Positions 27,160-40,763 of a stretch of 64,000 bases of DNA are shown here, piece after piece. Both the position numbers and the translations under genes were made by a program. Source of the stretch: Octopus vulgaris (lineage: Eukaryota); assembly GCA_951406725.2 (NCBI GenBank), contig OX597828.1, forward strand, positions 72,044,001 to 72,108,000. The letters run 5' to 3'. Position 1 is the stretch's first letter; each line of letters opens with the position of its first letter. Under the pieces are notes generated by a model that saw nothing but the letters and a program-made list of their open reading frames with translations, ran no database searches and was not told the origin of the DNA.

Positions 27160-27359
27160 TCGTTAGTTACTGCACGCATTTTTTTTTCTCTCCTTCTTTC
27201 TGTGTTTTTTTTCTCTCTGTGTATCTTTCTGTTGAAGAGCGTAGGCTCGAAACGTTAAAGACTTGTTTTATTTATATTTCCTGAGCGCCATACTAATACA
27301 ATTGTTTGTTTGTTTTCCAACTGCCTTCGTCTTTTGTCTATTTTCATAAAGCTTCCCGT

Positions 27360-27360
<1 letters not shown>
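27160..27360 (+). mobile_element. Short Penelope-like repeat (family G) with a hammerhead-like motif, inside (TA)n
   Basis: tcttt CTGTTGA a gagc gtag gctc GAAAC GTT aaaga at 27224-27261; relatives at ~38180-38280, 40570-40710 and 51530-51680. Confidence 0.65.
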
Positions 27361-27448
<88 letters not shown>

Positions 27449-27461
27449 TATGTATACATAC

Positions 27462-27496
<35 letters not shown>

Positions 27497-27708
27497 TGTA
27501 TACACACATACATATGTATATATATATGTATATATATATATATGTATATATATATATGTATATATATATATGTATACATATATATGTACATATATATATA
27601 TATACATATATATGTATATATATATGTATATACATATATGTACATATATATATATATATATATATGTACATACATATGTATACATATATATATATGTATA
27701 TATGTATA

Positions 27709-28020
27709 CAACAATATAAGGAACGGCCATATAGGACATTCGACTCACTAGAGAGAGCAGCCAAAACTCACACCGCTAAGCAGTTGTAATTTTGAAATAT
27801 AGGGGTAAACGTTTTTATTTCTCTTTCTATTTCAGAATTACAACTACTCAGCGGCACGAGTCTCGGCCGCTCCCTCCAGTGAGTCGAATGTCCTACATGG
27901 CCATTCCTTACATTGTTGAATGTATATTATATAGTCTTTGACTATATTTTCTTTCTCACTAGACCGCTGGTAGCGGAGAATTTTTTTCTAGAATTTTTGC
28001 TACCCTTATATTTATTAATT
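27709..28020 (+). mobile_element. Family-H element with a 5' inverted duplication (hairpin 27709-27918)
   Basis: Arms 27709-27799 and 27828-27918; 27803-28020 is the reverse-complement homolog of ~41238-41451. Confidence 0.8.
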
Positions 28021-28029
28021 GTATATATG

Positions 28030-28062
<33 letters not shown>

Positions 28063-28073
28063 GTATACATATG

Positions 28074-28122
<49 letters not shown>

Positions 28123-28352
28123 GTATATATATGTATATATATGTATATATATATATGTATATATATGTATGTATATATATGTATATATATGTATGTATAT
28201 ATATGTATATATATATATGTATATATGTATATATACATATATGTATATACATATATATGTATATATATATGTATATATAATAATAATAATACGTTTATAT
28301 ATTAGTTTTGCAAGATTCTTGATGTGAAATTGTGTGTTGAAACAGATGTTGT

Positions 28353-28389
<37 letters not shown>

Positions 28390-28394
<5 letters not shown>

Positions 28395-29143
28395 GGAATT
28401 TGTATCTTGTGGTACCAGTGCCGGTGGCACACAAGAAAACCATCCGAACGTGGGCGTAGCCAGTACCGCATCGACTGGCCTCCGTGCTGTGGGCACGCAA
28501 CAAACACCATCCGATCGTGGCCGTTCGCCAGCCTCATCTGGCACCTGTGTCGGTGGCACATAAAAACACCATCCGAAGACCCGGCAAGACTAGTCAGGCC
28601 ATAACCCGTGGCCCCTACCTGGGACGTAGTCAGTCCACCTGTGCATACCTTCCTTCTTGTGACACTTGTGAAGACCTGTTGAGGTAAGTGAAAATCAAAT
28701 CAAATCAAAACAAATCAAAATAGATGAACATCAATGGAATTTGTATCTTTGTGGTGACCAGTGCCGGTGGCACACAAGAAAATCATCCGAACGTGGCCGT
28801 AGCCAGTACCGCATAGACTGGCCTCCGTGCTTTGGGGACGTAACAAACACCATCCGATCGTGGCCGTCCGCCAGCCTCATCTGGCACCTGTGTCGGTGGC
28901 ACATAAAAACACCATCCGAGCGTGGCCGTTTGCCAGCCTCGTCTGGCACCTGTGTCGGTGGTACATAAAATCACCCACTACACTCTCGGAGTGGTTGGCG
29001 TTAGGAAGGGCATCCAGCTGTAGAAACACTGCCAGATCTGACTGGCCTGGTGCAGCCTTCGGGCTCCCCAGACCCCAGTTGAACCGTCCAACCCATGCTA
29101 GCATGGAAAACGGACGCTAAATGATGATGATGATGATGATGAT
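28390..29143 (+). mobile_element. RTE LINE 3' UTR(s) with 62-bp tandem repeats and a (GAT)n tail
   Basis: Units at 28861 and 28923; end ggttggcgttaggaagggcatcc...aacggacgctaaatgatgatg. Near-identical to 43985-44322. Confidence 0.8.
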
Positions 29144-29311
29144 GCGCAGGAGTGGGTGTGTGGTAAGAAGCTTGCTTCCCAACCACATGGTTCTGGGTTC
29201 AGTCCCACTGCATGACACCTTGGGCAAATGTCTTCTACTATAGCCTTGGGCCAACCAAAGCCTTGTGAGGGGATTTGATAGACAGAAACTGAAAGAAGCC
29301 CATTGTGTGTG

Positions 29312-29400
<89 letters not shown>

Positions 29401-29617
29401 GTTTGTTGTTTGTGTCTGTGTTTGTCCTCCCCACCATCGCTTGACAACTGATGTTGGTGTGCTTACACCCCCATCACGTAGCGGTTCAGCGAAAAGAGAC
29501 CAATAGAATAAGTACTAGGGTTACAAAGAATAAGTCCTAGGGTCAATTTCTTCAACTAAAGGCGATGCTCCAGCATGGCCATAGTCAAATGACTGAAAGA
29601 ATTAAAAAAGTAAAGAG
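29144..29617 (+). mobile_element. tRNA-derived SINE, family A
   Basis: Same sequence as 23651-24070. Confidence 0.88.
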
Positions 29618-29815
29618 TGTGTGTGTATATATATATATACATGCATATACTCAATTACAATAATTTTATATGTATCTACACATGTAAAAGTATATATACA
29701 CTGCTTATGTATGTATATGTATAAGTCTATATGGATATTTGTTCATATTTTTAATATATATTAAATTATACGTGTATCCTGTTTCATGTATTAATATTTT
29801 TAAAGTTCTTTATAA

Positions 29816-29945
29816 TCTCTGACGAGGCCTATGGTTATATATATAAGTACTCTATTTTTAAATGCCTACAACCTCAATCTAATTGACAATTATAGGCACT
29901 GGGGAAGAAAACTACTTTTATCTATAGGCTGAAACAGCTGTAAGG
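29816..29945 (+). ncRNA. Type I hammerhead-like motif with an expanded stem II
   Basis: CTGACGA (29819-29825) GGCCTAT...ATAGGCT GAAAC AGCT GTA; stem III is the palindrome ACAGCTGT; stem I is weak. Confidence 0.6.
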
Positions 29946-30177
29946 ACTGATTCTAATGATTTCAATAATTTTTATTATGATTTTTATAATTGTATTCTTA
30001 TCTTATATGTATTGAATTATAAGGTATATATCTATGTTATTAAGGTTCTCATTTTGTTAAATGAATAAATAAGTCAACATTCTAATATCCGAAAGCTGAT
30101 GAACCAAATAAATTGTTTCTCCATTTTCTTATTTGTATTATACATATATATATATATGTGTGTGTGTGTGTGCGTGT

Positions 30178-30266
<89 letters not shown>

Positions 30267-30771
30267 GGTAGATGTATTCTTTTATTCTTACACTTCTTTC
30301 AGTTATTAGACTGTGGCCATGCTGGGGCAATGTGTTGTAGAATCTTTTTAGTTGAATGAATCGAGCCCCCAATACCTATTTTGTTTTTCCTTTAAGCCTG
30401 GTACTTATTCTATCAGTCTCTTTTGCTGAACTGCTAAGTTACAGGAACATAAACAAACCAACGCCAGTTTTTAATTGGTGGTGGGGGACATATATACATA
30501 CACACACACGCACACACACACACACGCACGCACACACACACACACACACACACATGATGGGTTTCTTTCACACAAAAATCTGCTCACACAACTTTGGTTG
30601 TCCTGAGGCTATAGTAGAAGACACTTGCCCAAGGGTGGTATGCAGTGGGACTGAACCTGGAACCATGTGGCTGGAAAGCAGATATCTTACCACACACCTA
30701 CGACTGCACATTCCTCAATAACCAAATACATAACTGTACCACAAGTACTGCAGTACATAATAAGTACCCCT

Positions 30772-30824
<53 letters not shown>

Positions 30825-31538
30825 CTTTTTAAACAGTACCCTAAATATCCAGGTATCGACTGACCTAAATCCCAGATCTTATGTAAATATCTGAAACTGT
30901 AAAGGCTACTGAATTCAATATCTGTACGGTGGGTATTTGAATGAGAATAAATGTCTGATGGAGGTTTTTGTGTGACAATAGAGAAAGTCTGTCACTTTGT
31001 AAACGAACAGAATTAATTATCTTCTGATGGTTGTGACTTTGCTATTCATTTGTTGTAGTATTAAAGGTCATTAATACCAACCAGGGGACTTCAACAGAAT
31101 GGTAGGACAGGGAGAGGGTCGGCGGAAGGCTCTGTTATATCTGGGTCTTTGTAATTTATTTGTGTTATAGAGTTGGTGTTAAACAAACAGTTGTAGGTCA
31201 GACCTGCTGACCCACCTCCCTCCCTCCCTCCCTCCATGCTACACCAGATCCCAGGCTTCCTGGCTTCCTGGCTTCCTGGCTGTATGGTTAAGAATTTCAC
31301 CATTCTAAACTATATGGCACTCAATTTAATTCCATACACATTCTTTTACTTGCATCAGTCATTTGATTACAGCCATGCTGGAGCACTGCCTCGATTGAGA
31401 CCAGGACTTGGTTCTTAAGTCTAGTACTTATTCTATTGATCTCTCTTGCCAAACCGTTAAGTTACAGGGTTGTAAACACACAAACAGCAGTTGTCAATCT
31501 ATGATGGGGGTGGAGGGACAAACACTGATACAAAGGCA

Positions 31539-31582
<44 letters not shown>

Positions 31583-31984
31583 CACACATATTTATATATA
31601 GCCATACACAATGGACTTCTTTCAGTTACCGTCTACCAAATCCACTCACAAGGCTTCGGTCAGCCCGAGGTTATAGTAGAACACACTTGCCCAAGGTGCC
31701 ACACGGTGGAATAGAACCTAGAACCATGTGATTCACATGCAAGCTACTTACCACACAGTCACACAGCCATGCCTGCACATGTTTCTTCTGTTTTTAAATC
31801 CCCCCCCCCCCCCGACAAAGGAGCTGGTTTCTAACAAAGATACAAAGTTGAAAAGTTGATAATGAAAATGAGAAAAGTCTTGCGTATTTTTACCATTCCA
31901 CTTACAAATTGCATTTGTAATGTGTGAGTTGGTTGGTTAATTTTCTTTTTCTAAAAACCTAAGCTTATCTAGACTTTCAGTATA

Positions 31985-32260
31985 TGCATGTATCTATGTA
32001 TCTACATACATACATACATACATACATACATACATACATACATACATACATACATACATACATGCATGCATGCATGCATGCATGCATGCATACATACATA
32101 CATACATACATACATACATACATACATACATACATACATAAATGCAGACATAAATACGTACGTACATACATACATACATACATACATACATACATACATA
32201 CATACATTACATACATACATACATATATACATACATAAATGCATTCATGCATGCATACAT
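31985..32260. repeat. (CATA)n/(CATG)n microsatellite
   Basis: Directly visible. Confidence 0.95.
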
Positions 32261-32912
32261 ACACACATATGTATACATATGTATGTATGTGTGAGGTGCA
32301 TATATTTGTGTGTATAAATATGTGTGTTTATGCATGTGTGCGTGAATATGTGTATGCGTCTGTCATCACAGTACATCAAAAAGAAAAACCTAAATATCAG
32401 TACTTTTCAAACAAAGCCCCTTGTGATATTTGTTCAGTCACATGTTCTACATACTCCCTTGTCACTCACATTGTCAGTAATGCAATTAACAAGCAACTAA
32501 CAACAACTGTATTGTTCACTAATTGTGATATAAAATTAAAATGAATAAATAAATAAATAAAATTGTAAATGAATGCTCATTATCTCTATGGGTTTATTTT
32601 CATAGCTATTCAGTCTTGGTTAATTATTTATCATTCGTTACACAGAAATGTTATTGATTGGTTATTGGAATTTCCTGATAGTTCATTTAAATGAAGCTGT
32701 TTTATATGTACGTGAGTAGGCGTGTGTGTGTGTGTGTGTGTGAATATGGCCAGTTTTATGTGTGCATGTATGTATGTATTTATTTATGTATATATGTATG
32801 CATGGATGGATGACTTGATGGCTTGCTGGCTCGATGTATATGTGCATATTTGTGTATGTGTATATATGTATGTGTGTGCATATTTTAGATATGTGTGCAT
32901 GAGTGAAAGCAA

Positions 32913-32972
<60 letters not shown>

Positions 32973-33018
32973 TACATATATATATGTGTGTGCGTGTGCA
33001 TATGTGTGTATAAATATA

Positions 33019-33058
<40 letters not shown>

Positions 33059-33173
33059 CATATATATACACACATTTATACATACATACATATATATATA
33101 TATACACACTCACATATATATGTCATATATATGTATATATACATGAATAGATATATACATATATAAATGTATA

Positions 33174-33244
<71 letters not shown>

Positions 33245-33799
33245 GTGTGTATATATATATATGTATGTATGTATGTATATATACGCACTCATAACTGCAT
33301 ATAAATACACACATGCATATATATTTATATTATACAGTGAAACAGAGAGAGAAGGGGGAAGAGAGAGAGAGAGAAAGAGAGGGAGAGAGAGAGAGATTTG
33401 ATTAATTTTGGTTTTTGTTGAAACACTAAATTTAGATTATGCATTACTCGTTTTCCTTCTATAATTAATAAGGAACACATTTCCGTGTCTTGTCGTTGAA
33501 TCTAAGACATCAATAGGATGAAATCTTTCATTATAATGAAGAGTAAACCTGGACGATAACATAGTTAACGTAGTACGCCAATCAAATTTGTTTAATTAAG
33601 ATAACGTCTGTTGATGAGCAAATGAAATCGTTAACTTAATGGGTAAATCTGATAAAAAGAGGTAGGGGAGATAACCCCTGGAGTTGAAATTACTCAGGCT
33701 CTGGTGTGGCTGCCTGGTAAGAAGTTTGTTTCTCAACCACATGGATCCGGGTTCAATTTATGTGTGTGTGTGTATATATATATACATATATACATACAT

Positions 33800-33953
<154 letters not shown>

Positions 33954-34016
33954 TCATCATCATCATCATCATCATCATCGTTTAAAACGGACGCTAAACG
34001 ATGATGATGATGATGA

Positions 34017-34056
<40 letters not shown>

Positions 34057-34058
<2 letters not shown>

Positions 34059-34358
34059 TGTGATCACGTGACTGACCAGACCATCAGATGTTGCTGCACA
34101 TCGCTGGTCACAATGCGTTCGCATTGTTTTAGCCTTCGAATGACGCCACCCCACTGGCTAAGCGAGCAGGCCAACAGAAGAAAGTGGGAGAATGAGTGGT
34201 GAAAGAGTACAGCAGGGATCACCCCCCCCCCCTGCCGGAGCCTAGTGGAGCTTTTAGGTGGTTTCGCTCAATAAACACACACAACGCGCGGTCTGGGAAT
34301 CGAAACCGCGATCCTCCGACCGCGAGTCCGCTGCTCTAACCACTGGGCCATTGCACCT

Positions 34359-34360
<2 letters not shown>
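34057..34360 (-). mobile_element. tRNA-derived SINE, family E
   Basis: Head ggaggtgcaaTGGCCCAGTGGttagagc...GTTTCGATTCCc; tail cacgtgatcacatga. Tail-only copy at ~22404-22522. Confidence 0.85.
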
Positions 34361-34421
<61 letters not shown>

Positions 34422-34434
34422 CTTACATTAAATT

Positions 34435-34543
34435 CTCTGAAGAGGCCGTGAGACATTCTTGTTAATGTCTCATTTATACCTGCTTTATATGGCTAATAGG
34501 TTAAATGGGACATACCTGTCTTCACGGCCGAAACAACAGTCAG
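34435..34543 (+). ncRNA. Type I hammerhead-like motif with a branched stem II
   Basis: CTGAAGA (34437-34443) GGCCGTGA...TCACGGCC GAAAC aaca GTC; stem I has only ~2 bp. Confidence 0.55.
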
Positions 34544-34686
34544 CTATGATGTAATTGTGTCTAGTTATATTTGTAATATATTATGTATAATGTCATTGCT
34601 GTTGTGTAATGGTTTAATAAAGTATTGATTGGGTATTATCTGATGGTTGATGATTGATTTAGGTATGTTTCTCCATTTTCTCATTT

Positions 34687-34732
<46 letters not shown>

Positions 34733-35094
34733 TGTATCAAAATATTGATCGGAGCGTTAGATATTGTTATACACTGCTGGTCACAATGCACTTCCTTTTC
34801 TGTTTTCATTGTGCCATTCTTTTGGCATCTGGACCGAAATTACTTGACTAAATTGCCTTTACCATTATTGTTGTGGATATCGTGAAGGGTCTGAAAGTCA
34901 TTAGTTGATGGAGTGAGAAGGATGAAGCACTTTGGGCCCCTACTGAAAAGAGAGGGGGAGATCAAGGGGAATGGTAAAAACAGACTGAAGTGGGGGGAAG
35001 AGGGTGAGTTGGGTGGGGGAGGTGTGTGCAAGGGTTGGAGAATGAGAGGGAGAGTTGATCGGGGAGGGGGGGAAAGGTAGGTGTAGTGGCATAT

Positions 35095-35500
35095 TTTTAT
35101 TCTTTTATTTGCTTCAGTCATTTGACTGTGGCCATGCTGGAGCACTGCTTTTAGTCAAACAAATAGACCCCCAGGACTTATTCTTTGTAAGCTTAGTACC
35201 TATTCTATCGGTATCTTTTGCAGAACCGCTAAGTTACGGGGACGTAAACACACCAGCATCAGTTGCCAAGCGATAGTGGGGGGGGACAAACACAGACACA
35301 GAAACATATACATACATACATACATACATATATATATATATATGACAGGCTTCTTACAGTTTCTGTGTACCAAATCCACTCACATGGCTTTAGTTGGTCC
35401 AAGGCTATAGAAGATAGTTGCCCAATATGCCATACAGTAGGACTGAACCCAGAACCATGTGGTTGGGAAGCAAGCTTCTTACCACATAGCCACTCGTGCA
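35095..35500 (-). mobile_element. tRNA-derived SINE, family A
   Basis: Reverse complement of family A. Confidence 0.85.
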
Positions 35501-36366
35501 CCTGTGTGTGTGTGTGTGTTAGTGTCTCCTCTTATTGTTGTTAACGAATGTTACCATCATGCAAGCAGCGTCCTTTGTTTCCGGCCCTTTGCGTAAACAT
35601 TTCTGGTCTCAGGGAAATTTCCCATTATTCGGAAAGTGGGGAGGGTTGGTGAAAGGAAGGGTAACCTCCCACAGAGAAAATCTGCCTGAAAAAATTCTCT
35701 CCAGCCCATGCAAGCATTGGGAAAATGGTCATTAAAGACAATGATGAATCTAACCCATGCCAGCATAGAAAAACGGACGTGAGATGAGGATGAGGATGAT
35801 AATAAAAGATGTAGATGATGATAATGAGAATGATAATGGTAATGATGCAGAGGAGGATGGTGACGATGATGATGATGATGACGACGATGATGATCATCAT
35901 CATCATTGTCATCATTCAGTTTGCACTGGATGGTGAATTAGCTGAATTTTTTAGCGGGACAGATAAAATACCTTGTGGTATTTGTTCTTGCTTTTACAAT
36001 CCCAGTTCTAATCTCACCCAAATTGACTTTGGTTTTCATCTTCCCATCGAATACTTGGGTCATTTTTAAGTCAAGGCCCATTCAAATAGGGAGTTGTTGT
36101 TGACTGAGATATATCCAGGTATAAGGGGTCTTTTCAGGTATCCCTCGAAGAAATTTGTTTAGGTTTCCTTTGAAAGTAATGGGTTCTTGTTCTTCTTTGA
36201 TTTGTTTTGGGATAATGTTAAATAGAGCAGGGCCTGGCAAGGAAAGGAAATCGTGTTGCAGGGAATTTAGATATTATGATCCTGAATTGTGTAGGGGATA
36301 TATGGCATGAGGTCCCATCCTTGGATGAATTCTGAATCTAATGTTAAGGTCGTTTCAGCAATCCTG

Positions 36367-36611
36367 CTTTATATATTTCTTTATTGCCCACAGGGGGTTA
36401 AACATAGAGGTAGAGGGGACAAACAAGGACAGACAACGGGATTAAGTTGATTACATTGACCCCAGTGCATAACCGGTATTTATTTAATCAACCCCGAAAG
36501 GATGAAAGGCAAAGTCAACCTCGGTGGAATTTGAACTCAGAACCTAATGGCAGATGAAATACTGCTAAGCATTTTGCCCAGCATGCTAACAATTCTGCTT
36601 GCTCGCCACCC
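36367..36611 (-). mobile_element. Family-B SINE with an 11-bp TSD
   Basis: cagcaatcctg at 36356-36366 and 36612-36622. Confidence 0.85.
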
Positions 36612-36631
36612 CAGCAATCCTGATATATACA

Positions 36632-36847
36632 CAAGGGGTGATGCAAAGTTCCTGGCTTTAAGGGTGTCAAGAAGGGCCTGGTTGGAGGCCCAACCTCCTG
36701 AGCTCTTTTACAGGATTTAGGAAAACTGAAGGACCGCTGAAATAAGGGTGTGAATCTGAGAGGGGAATATGTTGAATAAAATCATAATAAACTGATCCCC
36801 CTGCATTTCCTTTTACCCAAAGCCAGGAACTTTTCAGCCCCACCTCG
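36632..36847 (+). mobile_element. Mariner-derived MITE (internal deletion derivative)
   Basis: TIR cores aaagttcctggcttt / aaagccaggaacttt, TA at 36848-36849; the interior encodes a mariner-like C-terminus ...VNLRGEYVE*. Confidence 0.8.
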
Positions 36848-37504
36848 TATATCCTGTTTCATTCTTTACATGGAGAGCTCACTTTTAACCTTCAGGAATG
36901 ACCTAAATAGGATCAGACAAGTTCGTTACCTGAATTACCTGTTCAGGTGTGTCATTAAATGACCTACTTCTGCAGACACTTCTTCAATTTGTAAAGAATT
37001 GGACAAGATATTCTTTGTTTTATTCCTCGTTTCTCATAGAATATATTCCAGTTTAGCAAACCTACAACGTAAAGGTAGACATTGAGAAATAACATCAAGA
37101 GTCTTTGGTTCTTCAGTTGCCTGGAGCTTCTTAAACAATGGCTGCTCTTGGCATTGGTTGTGTTGGAACAATGCTCACCACCAGATGGTTCACACGTACT
37201 TCAGCAATAGCTTTATAGGTACTGGAAGATTTGTACTATATGGCTGCTGCTGCTGTTGTTGTTGTTGTTGTTGTTGGTGGTGGTGGTGTTGATCCTGTTA
37301 TTGTTATTAATGTTGTTGTTGTTGTTATTATTGTCATTCATGCTGTCAATGTTGTTATTGTTGCTGTTGCTGATGTTGACACTGCTAATGTCGTTGTTGT
37401 TGATGATGATGAAAAATCTTTAATAAAAAAGCATATTGCTCTACCTTCGGTATTCGAGTACTATTTTCCCCACCTTGTTTTGCATTTTTGTGCCTCCCCT
37501 TATA

Positions 37505-37826
37505 AGGAGCACTCCATCGGTTACGACAACAAGGGTCCCAGCTGATACGATCACCAGAACAACTTCCCTGTGAAATTAACGTGCAAGTGGCTGAGCGCTC
37601 CACAGAAACACATACCCCTAACGTAGTTCTCAGGGAGATTCAGTGTGACACAGAGTGTGACAAGGATGGGCCCTTTGAAATACAGGTACTACTCATTTTT
37701 ACCAGCTGAGTGGACTGGAGCAACGTGAAATAAACTGTCTTGCTCAAGGACACAGCGTGTCGTCGGGAATTGAACTCATGACCTTACCATTGTGAGCAGG
37801 ATGCCCTAACCACTAAGCCATGTACC
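37505..37826 (-). mobile_element. tRNA-derived SINE, family D
   Basis: Head tggcttagtggttaggg...gagttcaattccc; related copies at 43585-43900 (+) and 55718-56000 (+). Confidence 0.85.
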
Positions 37827-37928
37827 TTCACACACACACACACACACATACACACACACATATATATACATAAACATATATATACATATATATATGTATA
37901 TATATGTATATATATATATGTATATATA

Positions 37929-38004
<76 letters not shown>

Positions 38005-38028
38005 TACATACATATACATATATATATA

Positions 38029-38140
<112 letters not shown>

Positions 38141-38613
38141 TACATATAGATATATATGTATATATATGTATATTTATATACAGTTCGAATTTACAGAAAA
38201 CAAAAAGATAAAGATTGGTGAAGGAACAACAAACAAGTGCATTAGTTTAATGCTTGAGAAGAATGGAAAAGTTTTCAATATTTTGACAGAATGGTTTAAT
38301 AGGAATAAAAAATGGAGATAGAATGAAAATAAAAGACAAAGAGATTAATGGTTAAGATAATAGGATTAATGGTTCAAGATAATGATATATGTATATATAT
38401 GCACATACCGTGCAGTTCTTTCACTTTCCGTCTACCAAATCCACTCCCACTGACCCAAGTACAAGACACTGGCCCAAGGTGCCATACAGTGGGACAGAAC
38501 CTAAGACCATGTGGTTGGAATGCAAATATCTTGCCATACAACCATGCTGCTGTCTATTAAAGAAAATAGAAAAAATTAAATTGCAAAGTCTGGACATAAC
38601 TAAAAAGCATAAT

Positions 38614-38627
38614 GTTGCCATGGTAAC
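38614..38627. promoter_or_regulatory. RFX X-box-like motif GTTGCCATGGTAAC
   Basis: One mismatch from the palindromic GTTGCCATGGCAAC, within a repeat-free island (~38560-38950). Confidence 0.45.
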
Positions 38628-39073
38628 AGATTGCCAATGCTAAAACAAAGACTTCAAAAGGTTATGATAATTGATCACACCTGTTCTTCTTAGTGCCGGA
38701 GGCTTTGGGTTCGCTTAATTATTAAAAATATTTGCAGGTTGAACAGTAAATACGTTAGACATGTTTATGAATTAAAACAATGAACGTATTCAAATGAAAC
38801 CGTAAACGATGTTTCTAATGAGGTGACAACAGCTGTTCATTTATTTTTGAAGGACTTTACTTGCTCACCTATTGATTAGTTCTTAAAAAGGTAATTGGTT
38901 CCGCTTCGAAATTTGGCGAATGAAGATAGCTCTATGGTGCAGTGGGAGAGACCACACACACACTCACTCACACACAAACACACACACACACACTCACTCA
39001 CACACAAACACACACACATGCCTTTTATATTTCTGTGTGCACATGCACATGTGTTGTGTGTCTGTGTGATACA

Positions 39074-39842
39074 CATACATACATACATACATACATACAT
39101 ACATACATACATACATACATACATACAGGCATACATACAGACATACATGCATGCATGCATACATACATACATACATACATACATACATACATACATACAT
39201 ACATACATACATACATACATACATACATACATACATACATACATACATACATACATACATACATACATACATCATACATACATACATACATGCATGCATA
39301 CATACATACATACAAACATACATACATACATACATACATGCATGCATGCATACAAACATGCATGCATACATACATTCATGCATACATACATACATACATA
39401 CATGCATGCATGCATGCATGCATGCATGCATGCATACATACATACATACATACATACATACATACATACATACATACATACATACATACATACATGCATG
39501 CATACATGCATGCATGTGTACATACATACATACATACATACATACATACATACATACATACATACATACATACATACAGGCATACGTACATACATACATG
39601 CATACATGCATGCATGTGTACATACATACATACATACATACATACATACATACATACATACATACATACATACATACATACATACATACATGCATGCATG
39701 CATACATACATCCATGCATGCATACATACATACATACATACATGCATGCATGCATGCATGCATGCATACATACATACATACATACATACATACATACATA
39801 CATACATACATACGTACGTACATACATACATACATACATACA
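39074..39842. repeat. Long (CATA)n/(CATG)n microsatellite
   Basis: Directly visible; source of the spurious 195-322 aa ORFs. Confidence 0.97.
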
Positions 39843-40025
39843 CGCATATATAGATACATTTAGCCATGTCTGATGATTGCTGGATGTGTCTCCCCATTTT
39901 CAGCATGAAACTATTTGGTCATCACATAAATTGTCCTTAGGGGTTGTTCCACACTCCTGAAGATGCTGGAACTCTCAAACCATGGCAGCACTACCAGATG
40001 TAATTTAAAGCTTCACTCAGGACAC

Positions 40026-40103
<78 letters not shown>

Positions 40104-40763
40104 GAAGCTTGTTTCCTAACCCCATGGTTCCAATTTCAGTCCAACTACACAACACTGTGGACAAGTGTCTTCAACTATAGTCTCTGGCCAACTGAAGTTC
40201 TGTGAGTGGATTTGGAAGATGGAAACTCTAAGAAGTCTGTTGTGTACGTATGTATATATATATATATATAGATGTCTGTGTGTGTGTGCGTGGCATCCTG
40301 CACATACTAGCACTGACCACCTCCCTGCATCCACACCAGCACTGACCAATTCCCAGCACCTACACCATCATCCACACACACACATCAATGTCACCAGCCC
40401 CCTTCCACATGCACATACATGCTCTCACATACACACGCACATGCACCTTCATTTTGGGATCACCACTACTTTATTATCTCCCTTTCTTCATAGCTCTCCG
40501 GCATTCGCGATGATAGATCGCTCTGTTTTCATGCTCTGTCAGGCATTCGACATGATAGACTGCCAGCCACGAAACCTTTTTCTATTTTCTCTCCCTGTTT
40601 CTGCATTCCTTTCTGTCAAAGAACGTAGGCTTGAAACGTAAAAGACTTTCTCACTTACCGAGCATTAAACTAATACATCTGTTTGTTGTTTATACACCTG
40701 TCTTTGTCATATATATATATAGGGTGCTATACCCTTCTCATTTTCCCTATTTTTCCCTATTTG

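Larger units (their letters stand above)
36065..37230 (-). mobile_element. CR1/L2-like LINE 3' remnant interrupted by a SINE and a mariner MITE
   Basis: Minus strand gives GPALFNIIPKQIKEEQEPITFKGNLNKFLRGIP, resembling CR1-group ORF2 C-termini. Confidence 0.5.

Noticed and set aside
28595-28700. Possible HDV-like ribozyme in the RTE-associated sequence
   Set aside because: Could not assemble P1/P1.1/P2, and the segment appears to be 3' UTR, whereas such ribozymes occur at 5' ends.
34280-34360. tRNA gene-like sequence (also other SINE heads)
   Set aside because: A/B boxes run into SINE bodies and no complete cloverleaf is evident.
38876-39906. Long ORFs of up to 322 aa (HTYI/MYVC repeats); likewise 11919-12635, 27255-28503 and others
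   Set aside because: Translations of stop-free microsatellites with no coding complexity.
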